A stretch of 63,896 nt of DNA, filler included. It is 6 parts of 6 records of this genome, joined end to end, with 100 filler letters (N's around TTAATTAATTAA, not from the genome) between each part and the next. Parts side by side here need not be neighbours in the genome. Positions count along the whole stretch, not along the records: positions 1 to 14,443 come from DRR378314_178; 5 more parts are not named here. The stretch is one strand, 5' to 3'. A program made the position numbers and the translations under genes. Below the pieces are notes generated by a model that searched no databases, was not told where the DNA came from, and worked only from the letters and a program-made list of their open reading frames with translations. Of the stretch, positions 1 through 9,117 are shown piece by piece (the stretch's first letter is position 1; each line of letters opens with the position of its first letter).

Positions 1-3
1 TAT

Positions 4-21
4 TGTTTCGCGCGCGAAACA
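4..21. repeat. Perfect 18-bp palindrome TGTTTCGCGCGCGAAACA at contig start
   Basis: Read directly. Resembles parS-like/alphaproteobacterial intergenic palindromes (TGTTTC...GAAACA). Confidence 0.6.
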
Positions 22-133
22 TTGCGTCAGGAGGGCTGACCTATCGTCCGGAAACAGATCTTGCCTTGCGCAACCTGTGGTGGTAGCTCTCAGCGCCTTG
101 AATTTGCACAGCTGCGGACACCGGGAGGTCGCG

Positions 134-685
134 ATGCAACGGGTGATGATCCTCGGACAGCCGGGCTCCGGCAAATCCACCTTGGCGCAAAAGCTCGGCG
201 CCTGTACCGGTCTGCCGGTCTTTCACATCGACAATATCCACTGGTCCCCGGGCTGGGTCGAGCGTCCGAGCGACGAAAAAAACCGCCTCTGCGCAGAGGT
301 CCACGCGCGCGCGCAATGGATCTTCGAGGGCGGCCATTCCACCACTTGGGCCGAGCGACTGGCGCGGGCCGATACGGTGATCTGGCTCGACGTGCCGCTG
401 GGCCGGCGCATCTGGCGGGTGATCCGGCGCTCGCTGTTCTACTGGGGGCGCAGCCGTCCCGACATGCCCGAAGGCTGCCCGGAACGGTTCAACCTGGAGT
501 TCTACCGCTTCATCTGGCGCACCCGCCAGTCCTCGCGCGACCAGATCAGACGTCTGATTGCGCAGGCCCGTGCGGAAAAATCCGTACATGTCCTGCACAG
601 CCTGCGCGACGTCGACAGGTTCCTCGACAGCGTATCGGCATGCCAGACCAGTGGAACTCCCACAGGCGGAATGCAGACGGGATAG
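134..685 (+). CDS. FlaR-like (topology modulation protein) P-loop kinase, adenylate-kinase-like
   Basis: MQRVMILGQPGSGKSTLA Walker A; HIDNIHWSPGW, WIFEGGHS, GRSRPDMPEGCPE motifs; GGAGG RBS before ATG 134. Confidence 0.8.
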   Translation: MQRVMILGQPGSGKSTLAQKLGACTGLPVFHIDNIHWSPGWVERPSDEKNRLCAEVHARAQWIFEGGHSTTWAERLARADTVIWLDVPLGRRIWRVIRRSLFYWGRSRPDMPEGCPERFNLEFYRFIWRTRQSSRDQIRRLIAQARAEKSVHVLHSLRDVDRFLDSVSACQTSGTPTGGMQTG

Positions 686-785
686 CTACCTGTCTGCACG
701 CCCTGCATGGCACCGAAAGCCCCGAGATATTGCACCCGGATCGCCGGTAATTCAGACCACAAACCGCCATCACCCGGCGCGCGGA

Positions 786-1451
786 TCAGTAGTCCGACAC
801 CAGCAGATGAGACGGTGCGACATCCTCGTCAATGTCACTGAAGCGACCGATCTTCATCTCGAACACATTGTCGGTCCGGTCATCATTAACGGTCGAGACC
901 TCGCCGATCAGACAATCGCCCCCTTCCGCCCAGAACGCATGCCAGATGCCGGGCATGAGGGTGACGCTCTCGCCCGGTTGCAGCATCAGCTTGCCACCGG
1001 CAGGCAGCGTCCGCGCAATCCCATCCGTGGGCACAGTCACATCGGCCGAACGGTCAATGCCGCCTTCTGCATCCGGCGCGAACAGCTCAATCACCAAGGT
1101 GCCGCCGCCGCGGTTGATGATGTCCTCGGCCTTGATGTCGTGACGATGCATCGGCGACAGCTGATCGCGGCGTGAGATCATGACCTTCTCCGCATAGAGC
1201 ATCCCTCGTCCGGCGCTCAGATCGGCGTGGCTGCCGTTGCGGGTGGTGAACAGGAACAGACCCAGCTCGTCAAACCGACCCTGCCCGTAGTCCGTGATAT
1301 CCCAGCCAAGGCCACGAGTGCGGATATCTGCAGCCTCCGGAGCGCGCATTTGCTCCGGCGTCCAATGGGCGAAGGGCGGAAGATGCATGCCGTGACTTTT
1401 GATGAAGGACCAACTGCGGTCCAGAATATCGTTTACCTCAGAGCGTTTCAT
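786..1451 (-). CDS. D-lyxose/D-mannose family sugar isomerase (cupin)
   Basis: MKRSEVN start, LGWDITDYG, YAEK, PMHRH..KAEDIINRGGG, WHAFW..GEVSTVNDD motifs; last gene of frc operon. Confidence 0.85.
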   Translation of the reverse strand: MKRSEVNDILDRSWSFIKSHGMHLPPFAHWTPEQMRAPEAADIRTRGLGWDITDYGQGRFDELGLFLFTTRNGSHADLSAGRGMLYAEKVMISRRDQLSPMHRHDIKAEDIINRGGGTLVIELFAPDAEGGIDRSADVTVPTDGIARTLPAGGKLMLQPGESVTLMPGIWHAFWAEGGDCLIGEVSTVNDDRTDNVFEMKIGRFSDIDEDVAPSHLLVSDY

Positions 1452-1490
1452 GCCCGGTCTCCTTGATCGTCATTTTTGGTGCGCCCCGCC

Positions 1491-2117
1491 TCAACGCCAT
1501 GTCAGGTCAGCGGGCAGTCTGGCGCTCGCGATGCGCTGCGCATTGGCAAGATCATTGCCCCGCGCCCGCGCCTCTGCCGCGGCCTGATCAAGGCCATGGG
1601 TCAACCAGCGCTGCACCAGCCGCGCCTCCAGGTCCGCAAGCGGAACATCCAGTCGGATCGATACGTCCCACAGATCCGCCAGATCGCGCCAGCCGGGTTC
1701 GTCAAACAACAGGTAGTTGCCTTCGATCACCGCGACGCTGCAGTCCTGCCCCACATGCGCCGCACCGGCGATGGCAAGATCGCGACTGCGGTCGAACAAC
1801 GGGTAGATCACCTCATCATCCGCGCGCAGCGCATGGCAGAGCCGCTTAAAACCGCCCAGATCGAATGTCTCCGGCGCGCCCTTTCGCGGCATCAATCCGC
1901 GTGCTTCCAGCAAGCGATTGTCCAAGTGGAACCCGTCCATCGGCACGACCCCAGATCGGACGCCCCGCTCTGTCAGCATGGCCGCCAGCGGCTCCGAAAG
2001 GGTCGATTTACCGCTGCCCGGCGCACCGGACAGGGCAACCAGTCGACGCCCCCCGCCCGACAGGTCCAGCCGGGCAAGCACCGCATCACACAGCTCTTCC
2101 ATCCGTCGCAGCATCAC
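1491..2117 (-). CDS. frcK: FrcK-type P-loop kinase (uridine/pantothenate kinase-like)
   Basis: GAPGSGKST, MDGFHLDN, KGAPETFD, EGNYLL motifs; overlaps frcA stop. Confidence 0.75.
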   Translation of the reverse strand: MMLRRMEELCDAVLARLDLSGGGRRLVALSGAPGSGKSTLSEPLAAMLTERGVRSGVVPMDGFHLDNRLLEARGLMPRKGAPETFDLGGFKRLCHALRADDEVIYPLFDRSRDLAIAGAAHVGQDCSVAVIEGNYLLFDEPGWRDLADLWDVSIRLDVPLADLEARLVQRWLTHGLDQAAAEARARGNDLANAQRIASARLPADLTWR

Positions 2118-2890
2118 GCCACCGACATTTCCTGCTCCGGCTCCTTGGCGCCGGTCATATAGGCCACCGCATCGGACATCTCATGCTGTTTTGGGTCAAT
2201 CACGCAGAGCCGCTTGCCCAGTCGATGCACATGGATGCGGTCGGCGACCTCAAACACATGCGGCATGTTGTGACTGATCAGGATGATCGGAATGCCGCGC
2301 GACTTCACGTCCTGAATAAGCTCCAGAACCCGGCGGCTTTCCTTGACGCCAAGCGCCGCCGTCGGCTCATCCAGAATGATGACCTTGGAGCCAAAGGCCG
2401 CCGCGCGGGCCACGGCGACGCCCTGACGCTGGCCACCGGACAGGGTTTCAACCGCCTGATTGATGTTCTGGATCGTCATCAGCCCGAGATCGTTGAGCTT
2501 TTCCCGCGCCATCGTTTCCATGCGAGCCCGGTCCAGCTGCCGCAGAACCTGCCCGCGCCAGCCCGGTTTGCGCAGTTCGCGCCCCATAAACATATTGTCG
2601 GCGATCGACAGCGCCGGAGACATGGCGAGGGTCTGGTAAACTGTCTCGATCCCCGCTTCGCGTGCGTCAATGGGCGAGTGGAAGTTGATCGGTTTGCCGT
2701 CCAGCTCCACCGTGCCCTCGTCCGGGATCACCGCCCCCGACAGCGCCTTGATCAGGGTGGATTTGCCAGCGCCGTTGTCGCCGATCACCGCCAGGATCTC
2801 GCCCGGCATCAGCTCAAAATCACAGTGATCGAGGGCCGTCACGCGCCCGTAGCGTTTCACCAGGCCGCGGCCTTTGAGAATGGGTTCCAT
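2114..2890 (-). CDS. frcA: Fructose/mannose ABC transporter ATP-binding protein
   Basis: [22 protein letters not shown]; start MEPILKG at 2890 overlapping the permease stop. Confidence 0.88.
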   Translation of the reverse strand: MEPILKGRGLVKRYGRVTALDHCDFELMPGEILAVIGDNGAGKSTLIKALSGAVIPDEGTVELDGKPINFHSPIDAREAGIETVYQTLAMSPALSIADNMFMGRELRKPGWRGQVLRQLDRARMETMAREKLNDLGLMTIQNINQAVETLSGGQRQGVAVARAAAFGSKVIILDEPTAALGVKESRRVLELIQDVKSRGIPIILISHNMPHVFEVADRIHVHRLGKRLCVIDPKQHEMSDAVAYMTGAKEPEQEMSVA

Positions 2891-3951
2891 TACACCGATA
2901 CCTTTCTGATCCACTGGTCCACTGCGACGGCAGCGATGATGAGCACACCGATGAGCAGATAGGTCCATTGCGCGTCCGCCCCCAGCAGCCGCAACCCGAG
3001 GGTGAAGACCCCGACGATCAACGCGCCGAAGAAGGTGCCCAGCACCGAGCCGCGTCCGCCAAAGAGCGAAATGCCCCCGATCACCACCGCGGTGATGCTC
3101 TCGATATTGGCGAGCTGGCCGGAGGTGGGCGAGACAGAGCCGATGCGCCCGATCAGGGCCCAGCCGGCAAAGGCGCAGATCAGGCCCGACAGCATGTAGA
3201 CCGAGATCAACACCTTGTCGGTGTTGACGCCAGAGAGCTCCGCCGCCTCTTTGTCATCGCCCACCGCGTAGACGTGTCGCCCCCAGGCGGTGTGGCGCAG
3301 CACATAGGCGAGGATCAGCACCAAGAGCACCATGAACAGCACGCCATAGGTGAAGACCGCACCGCCGATTTTGAATTTCTCGCCAAAGAACTGCAGGAAA
3401 GGTGCCTGGGCGGATATTTCCTGGCTGCGGATGGTTTCATTGGCGGAATAGAGGAAATTGCCCGCCAGCACGATCTGCCACATGCCCAGGGTCACGATGA
3501 AGGGCGGCAGTTTCATCCGGGAGACCAGCCAGCCATTCACAAAACCGCAGGCGGCGCCGCACATCAGCCCGCAGGCCACGCCAAGCGCCGGCGGCAGCCC
3601 GTAGCGGAAGGTGAACTGGCCCATGACCACCGAACTCAGCACCATGATCGCACCCACCGACAGGTCGATGCCGGCGGTCAGGATCACCAGCGACTGCGCG
3701 CAGGCGACGATGCCGACGATGGCCACCTGCTGCAGGATCAGGGTCAGCGCGAAGGGAGAGAAGAATTTCGACCCCAGCAGCACACCAAAGGTCACGATGG
3801 ACAGGATCAGCACGATCAGCGGCACCAGCGAGGGCGTCACATGCAGCGCGTGTTGGAGCCTCTGGATAAAACTCTGATGGCCCTGATCGAACTCTGCCAC
3901 CTGATCCGGGCTTCCGGTGACAGCGGCTTCATAGCTCTGCGGGGTAGACAT
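2890..3951 (-). CDS. frcC: Fructose/mannose ABC transporter permease
   Basis: RbsC-type GIDLSVG, PPFIVTLG, ITAVVIGGISLFGGRG; GGAGG RBS before ATG 3951. Confidence 0.88.
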   Translation of the reverse strand: MSTPQSYEAAVTGSPDQVAEFDQGHQSFIQRLQHALHVTPSLVPLIVLILSIVTFGVLLGSKFFSPFALTLILQQVAIVGIVACAQSLVILTAGIDLSVGAIMVLSSVVMGQFTFRYGLPPALGVACGLMCGAACGFVNGWLVSRMKLPPFIVTLGMWQIVLAGNFLYSANETIRSQEISAQAPFLQFFGEKFKIGGAVFTYGVLFMVLLVLILAYVLRHTAWGRHVYAVGDDKEAAELSGVNTDKVLISVYMLSGLICAFAGWALIGRIGSVSPTSGQLANIESITAVVIGGISLFGGRGSVLGTFFGALIVGVFTLGLRLLGADAQWTYLLIGVLIIAAVAVDQWIRKVSV

Positions 3952-4014
3952 GATGCTCCTCCAAATCACCCGATGTCAGCGGGGTTGGTGTATTTTCTCT
4001 TGTGGTTCGAGAGG

Positions 4015-4087
4015 CCAATGGGGCGGGCACGCATGTCCACCCCATTGGTGTTGTATGTGGAGAGAGGGGGGCGAATACGCCCCCTCC
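4015..4087 (-). terminator. Two stem-loops between frcB and frcC (mRNA stabiliser or partial terminator)
   Basis: CCAATGGGG/CCCCATTGG (4015-4048) and GGGGGCG-AATA-CGCCCCC (4067-4084). Confidence 0.5.
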
Positions 4088-4095
4088 GTGTCAGC

Positions 4096-5112
4096 TCAAC
4101 CCCAGCAGAGGTTGGTGCCCTCGTCGGTGTCGATGCTGTCAACGCCATCCACGGGTTTGTCAGTCACCAGCGCAACGCCGGTGTCAAAGAAATCCTTGCC
4201 CGGTGTCGATTCCGGCTTCACGCCTTCGTCGGCCCATTTCTTGATGGCCTCAACACCGAGGGACGCCATCATCAACGGGTACTGCTGCGACGTCGCGCCG
4301 ATCACGCCGTCCTTGACGTTCTGCACGCCGGGGCAGCCACCATCGACAGAGACGATCAGAACGTCATTCTCACGCCCGATGGATTTCAGTGCCTCATAGG
4401 CACCGGCGGCAGCGGGTTCGTTGATGGTATAGACCACATTGATCATCGGATCCTTGGCGAGCAGGTTCTCCATCGCCCTGCGACCGCCCTCTTCATTCCC
4501 GGCTGTCACGTCATTGCCGATGATGCGCGCGTCGTCCTCGTCGCCCCATTTGTTGGGATCACCAAGGTCGATGCCAAAGCCCTGAAGGAACCCCTGATCG
4601 CGCAGCACGCCAACGGTGGGCTGGCTCACGGCCAAGTCTAGCATGCCGATTTTGGCGTTGGCAGCGTCCTCGCCAAGTGCGGCCGCCGCCCATTGGCCGA
4701 TCAGCTCACCAGCAAGAAAGTTGTCAGTCGCAAAGGTCGCATCCGCCGCGTCGATCGGGCTGAGCGGCGTGTCCAGCGCAATCACCACAAGGCCCGCGTC
4801 GCGCGCCTGCTGCACCGCGGGTACGATGGACGAGGTGTCGGACGCGGTGAGCAGGATGCCCTTGGCCCCATCCGCGATGCAGGTCTCGATCGCCGCAACT
4901 TGCGTTTCATGATCGCCGTCGATCTTGCCGGCAAAGGACTTGAGCTCCATGCCAAGCTCTTCGGCCTTGGCGGTGGCGCCTTCCTTCATCTTCACGAAGA
5001 AAGGGTTGGTGTCGGTTTTGGTGATCAGGCAGGCAGTCACCTTGTCATCGGCCTGTGCGGCACCGGCAATCAGGCCCACACCAGCGATGGTGGTCAGCAG
5101 AAGTTTCTTCAT
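4096..5112 (-). CDS. frcB: Fructose/mannose ABC transporter substrate-binding protein
   Basis: Signal peptide; [44 protein letters not shown] match FrcB as recalled. Confidence 0.9.
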   Translation of the reverse strand: MKKLLLTTIAGVGLIAGAAQADDKVTACLITKTDTNPFFVKMKEGATAKAEELGMELKSFAGKIDGDHETQVAAIETCIADGAKGILLTASDTSSIVPAVQQARDAGLVVIALDTPLSPIDAADATFATDNFLAGELIGQWAAAALGEDAANAKIGMLDLAVSQPTVGVLRDQGFLQGFGIDLGDPNKWGDEDDARIIGNDVTAGNEEGGRRAMENLLAKDPMINVVYTINEPAAAGAYEALKSIGRENDVLIVSVDGGCPGVQNVKDGVIGATSQQYPLMMASLGVEAIKKWADEGVKPESTPGKDFFDTGVALVTDKPVDGVDSIDTDEGTNLCWG

Positions 5113-5214
5113 GGTCTCCTCCCAGAAACGCGTATTTCATGTCGCTTCGCCCCACCCTGTTCTCCCTTGGCGGGTGCGTCGCCTGCTTGCATGAAAGCCG
5201 CGATTCCTCGCCAC

Positions 5215-5243
5215 TGTCAATAAATAATTCAACTTGATTTATT
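5215..5243. promoter_or_regulatory. Divergent frcB/frcR promoter region with candidate FrcR operator
   Basis: TTGACA on minus strand (5215-5220); palindrome TAATTCAA-C-TTGATTTA (5225-5241) in an AT-rich patch. Confidence 0.6.
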
Positions 5244-5298
5244 AACTATCCAGCGGCACGCTCTTGCCTCAGGTGGAGGAGGAGCGCATAGACCGCAC

Positions 5299-6495
5299 AT
5301 GCCAGAGACACGTCCCTATACCAGCGGCGCAAATCAGAGCGAGGTGCGCGCGCATAATGAACGGTTGATGCTGTCGGTCCTGCATCAGGACGGCGCCATG
5401 CCGGGCAGCGAGATGGCACGGCGCACCGGCCTGTCGTCGCAAACGGTGTCGGTCATTCTGCGCAAACTGGAGCAGGATGGGCTGATCCTGCGTGGCGAGA
5501 GCCAGAAGGGACGCGTCGGGAAACCCTCGGTGCCCATGGGCATCAACCCCGAGGGGCTGTTTTCCTATGGCATCAAGATCGGGCGGCGCAGCACCGACTT
5601 GATGCTGATCGATTTCAGCGGAGGCATTCGCGCCGAGCGCCGCCTGCGGTATCGATACCCGCAACCTGACGAGGTGTTCGGCTTTATCGAAACCAGCCTG
5701 CGCGACATCGGGTCCGACTTGACCGCAGATCAGCGCGACCGCATCTGCGGTATCGGCGTCGCGACCCCCTTTGACCTGTGGCGCTGGCACGCACAGGCCG
5801 GCGCACCAAAGACCAGTCTTCAGGCCTGGAAAAAACTGTGCCCGGTGACCGAAATCGCCCGGTTCAGCCCCCTGCGCTGCTTTGTCATCAACGATGCGAC
5901 CGCCGCCTGTCGCGCGGAGCACATGTTTGGCGCCAGCCGCGCCTGGCGGGACAGCATCTACTTCTTCATCGCATCATTTGCCGGCGGCGGCGTGGTGCTG
6001 AACAATTCTGTCTATGAGGGCAGCATGGGCAACGCAGGGGCGCTTGGCCCGCTGCCCACGCGCCGTCCCGATGGAAGCGACGGGCGCCTGCTCGACACCG
6101 CTTCGATCCGCGAACTGGAACGGCGACTGGTGGAGGTCAATATCGATCCGATCGTGCTGTGGACGCAACCGCAGGACTGGACCCGTCTGGAAGAGCATGT
6201 GGCGCAATGGCTGGAAGACACCGCTGTTGCGCTGGCGCGCGCGGCTCTTGCAACCTGTGCCGTCATCGATTTTCAGGCTGTGGTGATAGATGGCGCCATG
6301 CCCCCGTCCCTGCGCGCGCGTCTCGTGGATCGGGTACGTGCCGAGCTGCCAACGCTGGACGCACGCGGTTTGATCCGACCCGTTGTGGCAGAGGGTGAGA
6401 TTGGCGCCCATGCCTCTGCGCTTGGAGCCGCTGCCAAACCCCTGATCGCGCAATATCTGATGGACACGCACGCCGGGTTTGCTCCGGCGTCCTGA
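5299..6495 (+). CDS. frcR: ROK-family transcriptional regulator
   Basis: N-terminal HTH (ARRTGLSSQTVS), NDATAAC, GGGVVLN..GNAGALG ROK motifs; divergent from frcB. Confidence 0.85.
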   Translation: MPETRPYTSGANQSEVRAHNERLMLSVLHQDGAMPGSEMARRTGLSSQTVSVILRKLEQDGLILRGESQKGRVGKPSVPMGINPEGLFSYGIKIGRRSTDLMLIDFSGGIRAERRLRYRYPQPDEVFGFIETSLRDIGSDLTADQRDRICGIGVATPFDLWRWHAQAGAPKTSLQAWKKLCPVTEIARFSPLRCFVINDATAACRAEHMFGASRAWRDSIYFFIASFAGGGVVLNNSVYEGSMGNAGALGPLPTRRPDGSDGRLLDTASIRELERRLVEVNIDPIVLWTQPQDWTRLEEHVAQWLEDTAVALARAALATCAVIDFQAVVIDGAMPPSLRARLVDRVRAELPTLDARGLIRPVVAEGEIGAHASALGAAAKPLIAQYLMDTHAGFAPAS

Positions 6496-6522
6496 GACGC
6501 GACCCTGCCCCACCGGCGAGGG

Positions 6523-6569
6523 TTGACGAGTGATTTATGCGCGGCTTACAACCAATCTGAAATTGGTTG
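6523..6569 (+). promoter_or_regulatory. Sigma70-like promoter with overlapping 8-bp inverted repeat (candidate GntR operator)
   Basis: TTGACG 6523-6528, TACAAC 6547-6552; CAACCAAT-CTGAA-ATTGGTTG 6549-6569. Confidence 0.55.
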
Positions 6570-6605
6570 CCTCCCATCGAGGCCAGACGTCAGGGCGAGA
6601 GACAC

Positions 6606-7442
6606 ATGTTGGAAATTGAAACGCTATTGCCCCTGGCGGGCGTCGCCGCTGCTGCAGGGGTTGCCGGGGGCATTCTTGCCGGCCTGCTGGGTGTGGGGGG
6701 CGGTATTGTCATCGTGCCCGCACTCTATTTCGCACTGGCCCTGACCGGCATGGATCCGGCGCTGACCATGCAGGTTGCCGTTGGCACGTCACTGGCCACC
6801 ATCGTCTTTACTGCGCTGTCGTCGGGCTATGGGCACTACAAGAAAGGCGCTATCGACATGGCGCTGCTGAAGCTCTGGGCGCCGTCGATCCTGGCGGGTG
6901 TCGTCATCGGCGGAGTTTTGGGCGGGCTGGTCTCCGGCAATGTGCTCATCGTGGTCTTTGCCACCGTTGCCATGGCTGTTGCCCTCGACATGATTTTGCG
7001 CAAACCCAAGGAGACCCCAGAACCGAGATCATTCTCCACACCCGTCTGGGCCGGTCTGGGCGTGTTCGCCGGTGCGGTCTCCGCGATGATGGGGATCGGC
7101 GGTGGCTCCGTCTGCGTGCCGACGCTCAGCTTTCTTGGCTATGACATCCGCAAGGCGGTCGGCACATCAGCCGCGATCGGGTTCATCATCGGCCTGCCGG
7201 GCGCCCTGATCTACATGGCGACGGGCTTCGGTGCCGAAGGTCTGCCACCGATGTCGCTGGGCTATGTGAACCTGCTGCTGGCGGCGATCATCATCCCACT
7301 GTCCACCACATTTGCGCGCGTGGGCGTGAAACTCGCCCATTCGATCCCGCGCCGGGCGCTGAAGCTGTCGTTCGGATTGTTCCTGATGGCGACCTCGCTG
7401 CGCATGGTTGCGGATCTGGCCGAGCAGGCCGGATGGCTCTGA
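6606..7442 (+). CDS. TauE/SafE (TSUP) family sulfite exporter
   Basis: GLLGVGGGIVIVP, AVGTSLA, MMGIGGG..VP, AVGTSAA repeats; multiple TM helices. Confidence 0.85.
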   Translation: MLEIETLLPLAGVAAAAGVAGGILAGLLGVGGGIVIVPALYFALALTGMDPALTMQVAVGTSLATIVFTALSSGYGHYKKGAIDMALLKLWAPSILAGVVIGGVLGGLVSGNVLIVVFATVAMAVALDMILRKPKETPEPRSFSTPVWAGLGVFAGAVSAMMGIGGGSVCVPTLSFLGYDIRKAVGTSAAIGFIIGLPGALIYMATGFGAEGLPPMSLGYVNLLLAAIIIPLSTTFARVGVKLAHSIPRRALKLSFGLFLMATSLRMVADLAEQAGWL

Positions 7443-8110
7443 AGCCACCTGCCCCCGGCGCCGAGGCCCTGCGTCAGGCGATCCTGAGCGGGGAGCTGGC
7501 AGAAAACGGGCGCCTGCTGCCTGAACGTGCGTTGGCACAGCAACTGTCCGTATCCCGCGCGCAATTGCGCGGGATATTGGATGATCTGGCCAGCGACGGG
7601 CTGGTCTTTCGCCGCCATGGGCAGGGCACCTTTTTGCAGCCCCCACCTGTGCAGGGCGCGGAGCGGCTCGGCGCGCTGGCCCAGCGTGTCTCTCCCCACG
7701 ATCTGATGGAGGTTCGCCTTGATCTGGAACCCGCACTGGCCGCGCATGCCGCAGAGCGAGGCCGCGCAGAGGACAAGGCGCGCCTGGCACAGCTGACCAA
7801 AGCCACACGATCTGCGGCCGACGCCGCCAGCTATGAACGGGCCGATGATCTGTTTCACTACAAGATCGCGCAAATGGCCGGGAACGCGGTTTTTCTGACG
7901 CTTTTCGAGGAAATTCGCAGCCTGCGGCAGGCAGCAGATTGGACGCGCCTGCGGCAAGACGTTCTCGGCGTGGACGAAATCTCGCGGATTTCCGACGCGC
8001 ATACGACCATCTGTGACGCGATCTGCGCCGGCCAGTCAGAAGCGGCGCGTCTTGCGATGCGCGCGCATCTCGAGCAGGTCTGGCAGACCTTGGGGCGCGC
8101 CGAGGGCTGA
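7433..8110 (+). CDS. GntR/FadR-family transcriptional regulator (FCD domain)
   Basis: LLPERALAQQLSVSR..R.HGQGTF winged HTH; DDLFH..IAQMAGN; H..I..AI..G; overlaps the TauE stop. Confidence 0.88.
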   Translation: MALKPPAPGAEALRQAILSGELAENGRLLPERALAQQLSVSRAQLRGILDDLASDGLVFRRHGQGTFLQPPPVQGAERLGALAQRVSPHDLMEVRLDLEPALAAHAAERGRAEDKARLAQLTKATRSAADAASYERADDLFHYKIAQMAGNAVFLTLFEEIRSLRQAADWTRLRQDVLGVDEISRISDAHTTICDAICAGQSEAARLAMRAHLEQVWQTLGRAEG

Positions 8111-8144
8111 AAAGCGCACGAGCCCCGGTGGCGGCTCCGTCCTG

Positions 8145-8939
8145 TCAGCCACCAAGATCCTTGAGAACCGCCAGCAGGTTGTCGACGTCTCCCTGTTCCA
8201 GATAGCGCTGCACCTCGATCACAATCCGGAGCTGCTTGGCCAAATAGGCAAGCTGACGGTGGTTGTTCTCGATGTGGCGGGCCGAGATTTCCGCGTCGAT
8301 GGCCTCGGCCTCCTTGAGCAGTTTCTGCACCTCGGCGAGGGTCTTTTCATTGGCGATATCCTGTTTCTTCAGATGCGCCTTGATCGCGGACAGCCCCTCC
8401 AGTGCGATGGCACGGGCCTCGTCACGCACGGTGGTTTCCTGCTCCGGGTCGGCGATCGCGTCAAGCACCCTGCCCAGCGCCGCATCCAGCTTTGCAACCA
8501 GCCCGCTGCGCTCACCTCCGGCAATGGGCAGCAGGTCGTTCACCGGCAGCGACAGAGGCAGGTTCTGGCCCTTGGCCTTTGCCAGCAGTCCCCGGCGGGC
8601 GGCGACAAAGGTCTTGATCACAAAGCGCGACGCTTCGGCCGCGCGTGGTGAGCGCATCAGCGTCGCCGCCATCACCGCGCCATGCTCTGTATACATCAGC
8701 GGCGGCGTGCGCAGGCCACCATGGCCTTTTGATATTCCAAGTTGGAATTTCAAGTCAGCGAATTCTTCTGCATCGAGGCGAAAGGCAAAATCCTCGCCAA
8801 AACGATCGGTGTTGTTGCTCACCAGTTTGTTGAGGTTGCCGGTGGTGTAATCGAACAATGCGGCCAAATCGGCGTCGCGGATCACCGGTTGGCCGCGAAA
8901 GGTAAAAATCTGCGGTGTGGTCAATGTCTGATCCGTCAT
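8145..8939 (-). CDS. ORF6N-domain DNA-binding protein with C-terminal helical/coiled-coil region
   Basis: FRGQPVIRDADLAALFD..LNKLVSNNTDRF.EDFAFRL..EEF..LKFQLGISK..GG.R..P..YTEHGAVMAATLMRS.RA is the ORF6N signature. Confidence 0.8.
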   Translation of the reverse strand: MTDQTLTTPQIFTFRGQPVIRDADLAALFDYTTGNLNKLVSNNTDRFGEDFAFRLDAEEFADLKFQLGISKGHGGLRTPPLMYTEHGAVMAATLMRSPRAAEASRFVIKTFVAARRGLLAKAKGQNLPLSLPVNDLLPIAGGERSGLVAKLDAALGRVLDAIADPEQETTVRDEARAIALEGLSAIKAHLKKQDIANEKTLAEVQKLLKEAEAIDAEISARHIENNHRQLAYLAKQLRIVIEVQRYLEQGDVDNLLAVLKDLGG

Positions 8940-9068
8940 GCGCGCGCGCAGGGCTCCTGTCGGTGAAACGTCAATGACCCCAAGGTTGATCTTCCGGACC
9001 GGAAGATCAAGCCGAGACTGACCGCCTTCCGACGCATGCCCGGCACCGCCGCACATCTGCAAACCAGA

Positions 9069-9093
9069 ACGGGCGGACCAATGGCCCGCCCGT
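9069..9093 (-). terminator. Stem-loop downstream of the TRAP binding-protein gene
   Basis: ACGGGCGGACCA-A-TGGCCCGCCCGT followed on the minus strand by TCTGGTTT. Confidence 0.45.
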
Positions 9094-9117
9094 CCCTGCG
9101 ATTTCACAATCTTCGGA

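Noticed and set aside
2968-4641. Long antisense ORFs (557 aa here; also 18224-19540, 20734-21987, 30725-31984, 49437-50612)
   Set aside because: Shadow ORFs opposite well-supported genes in GC-rich DNA; no motifs.
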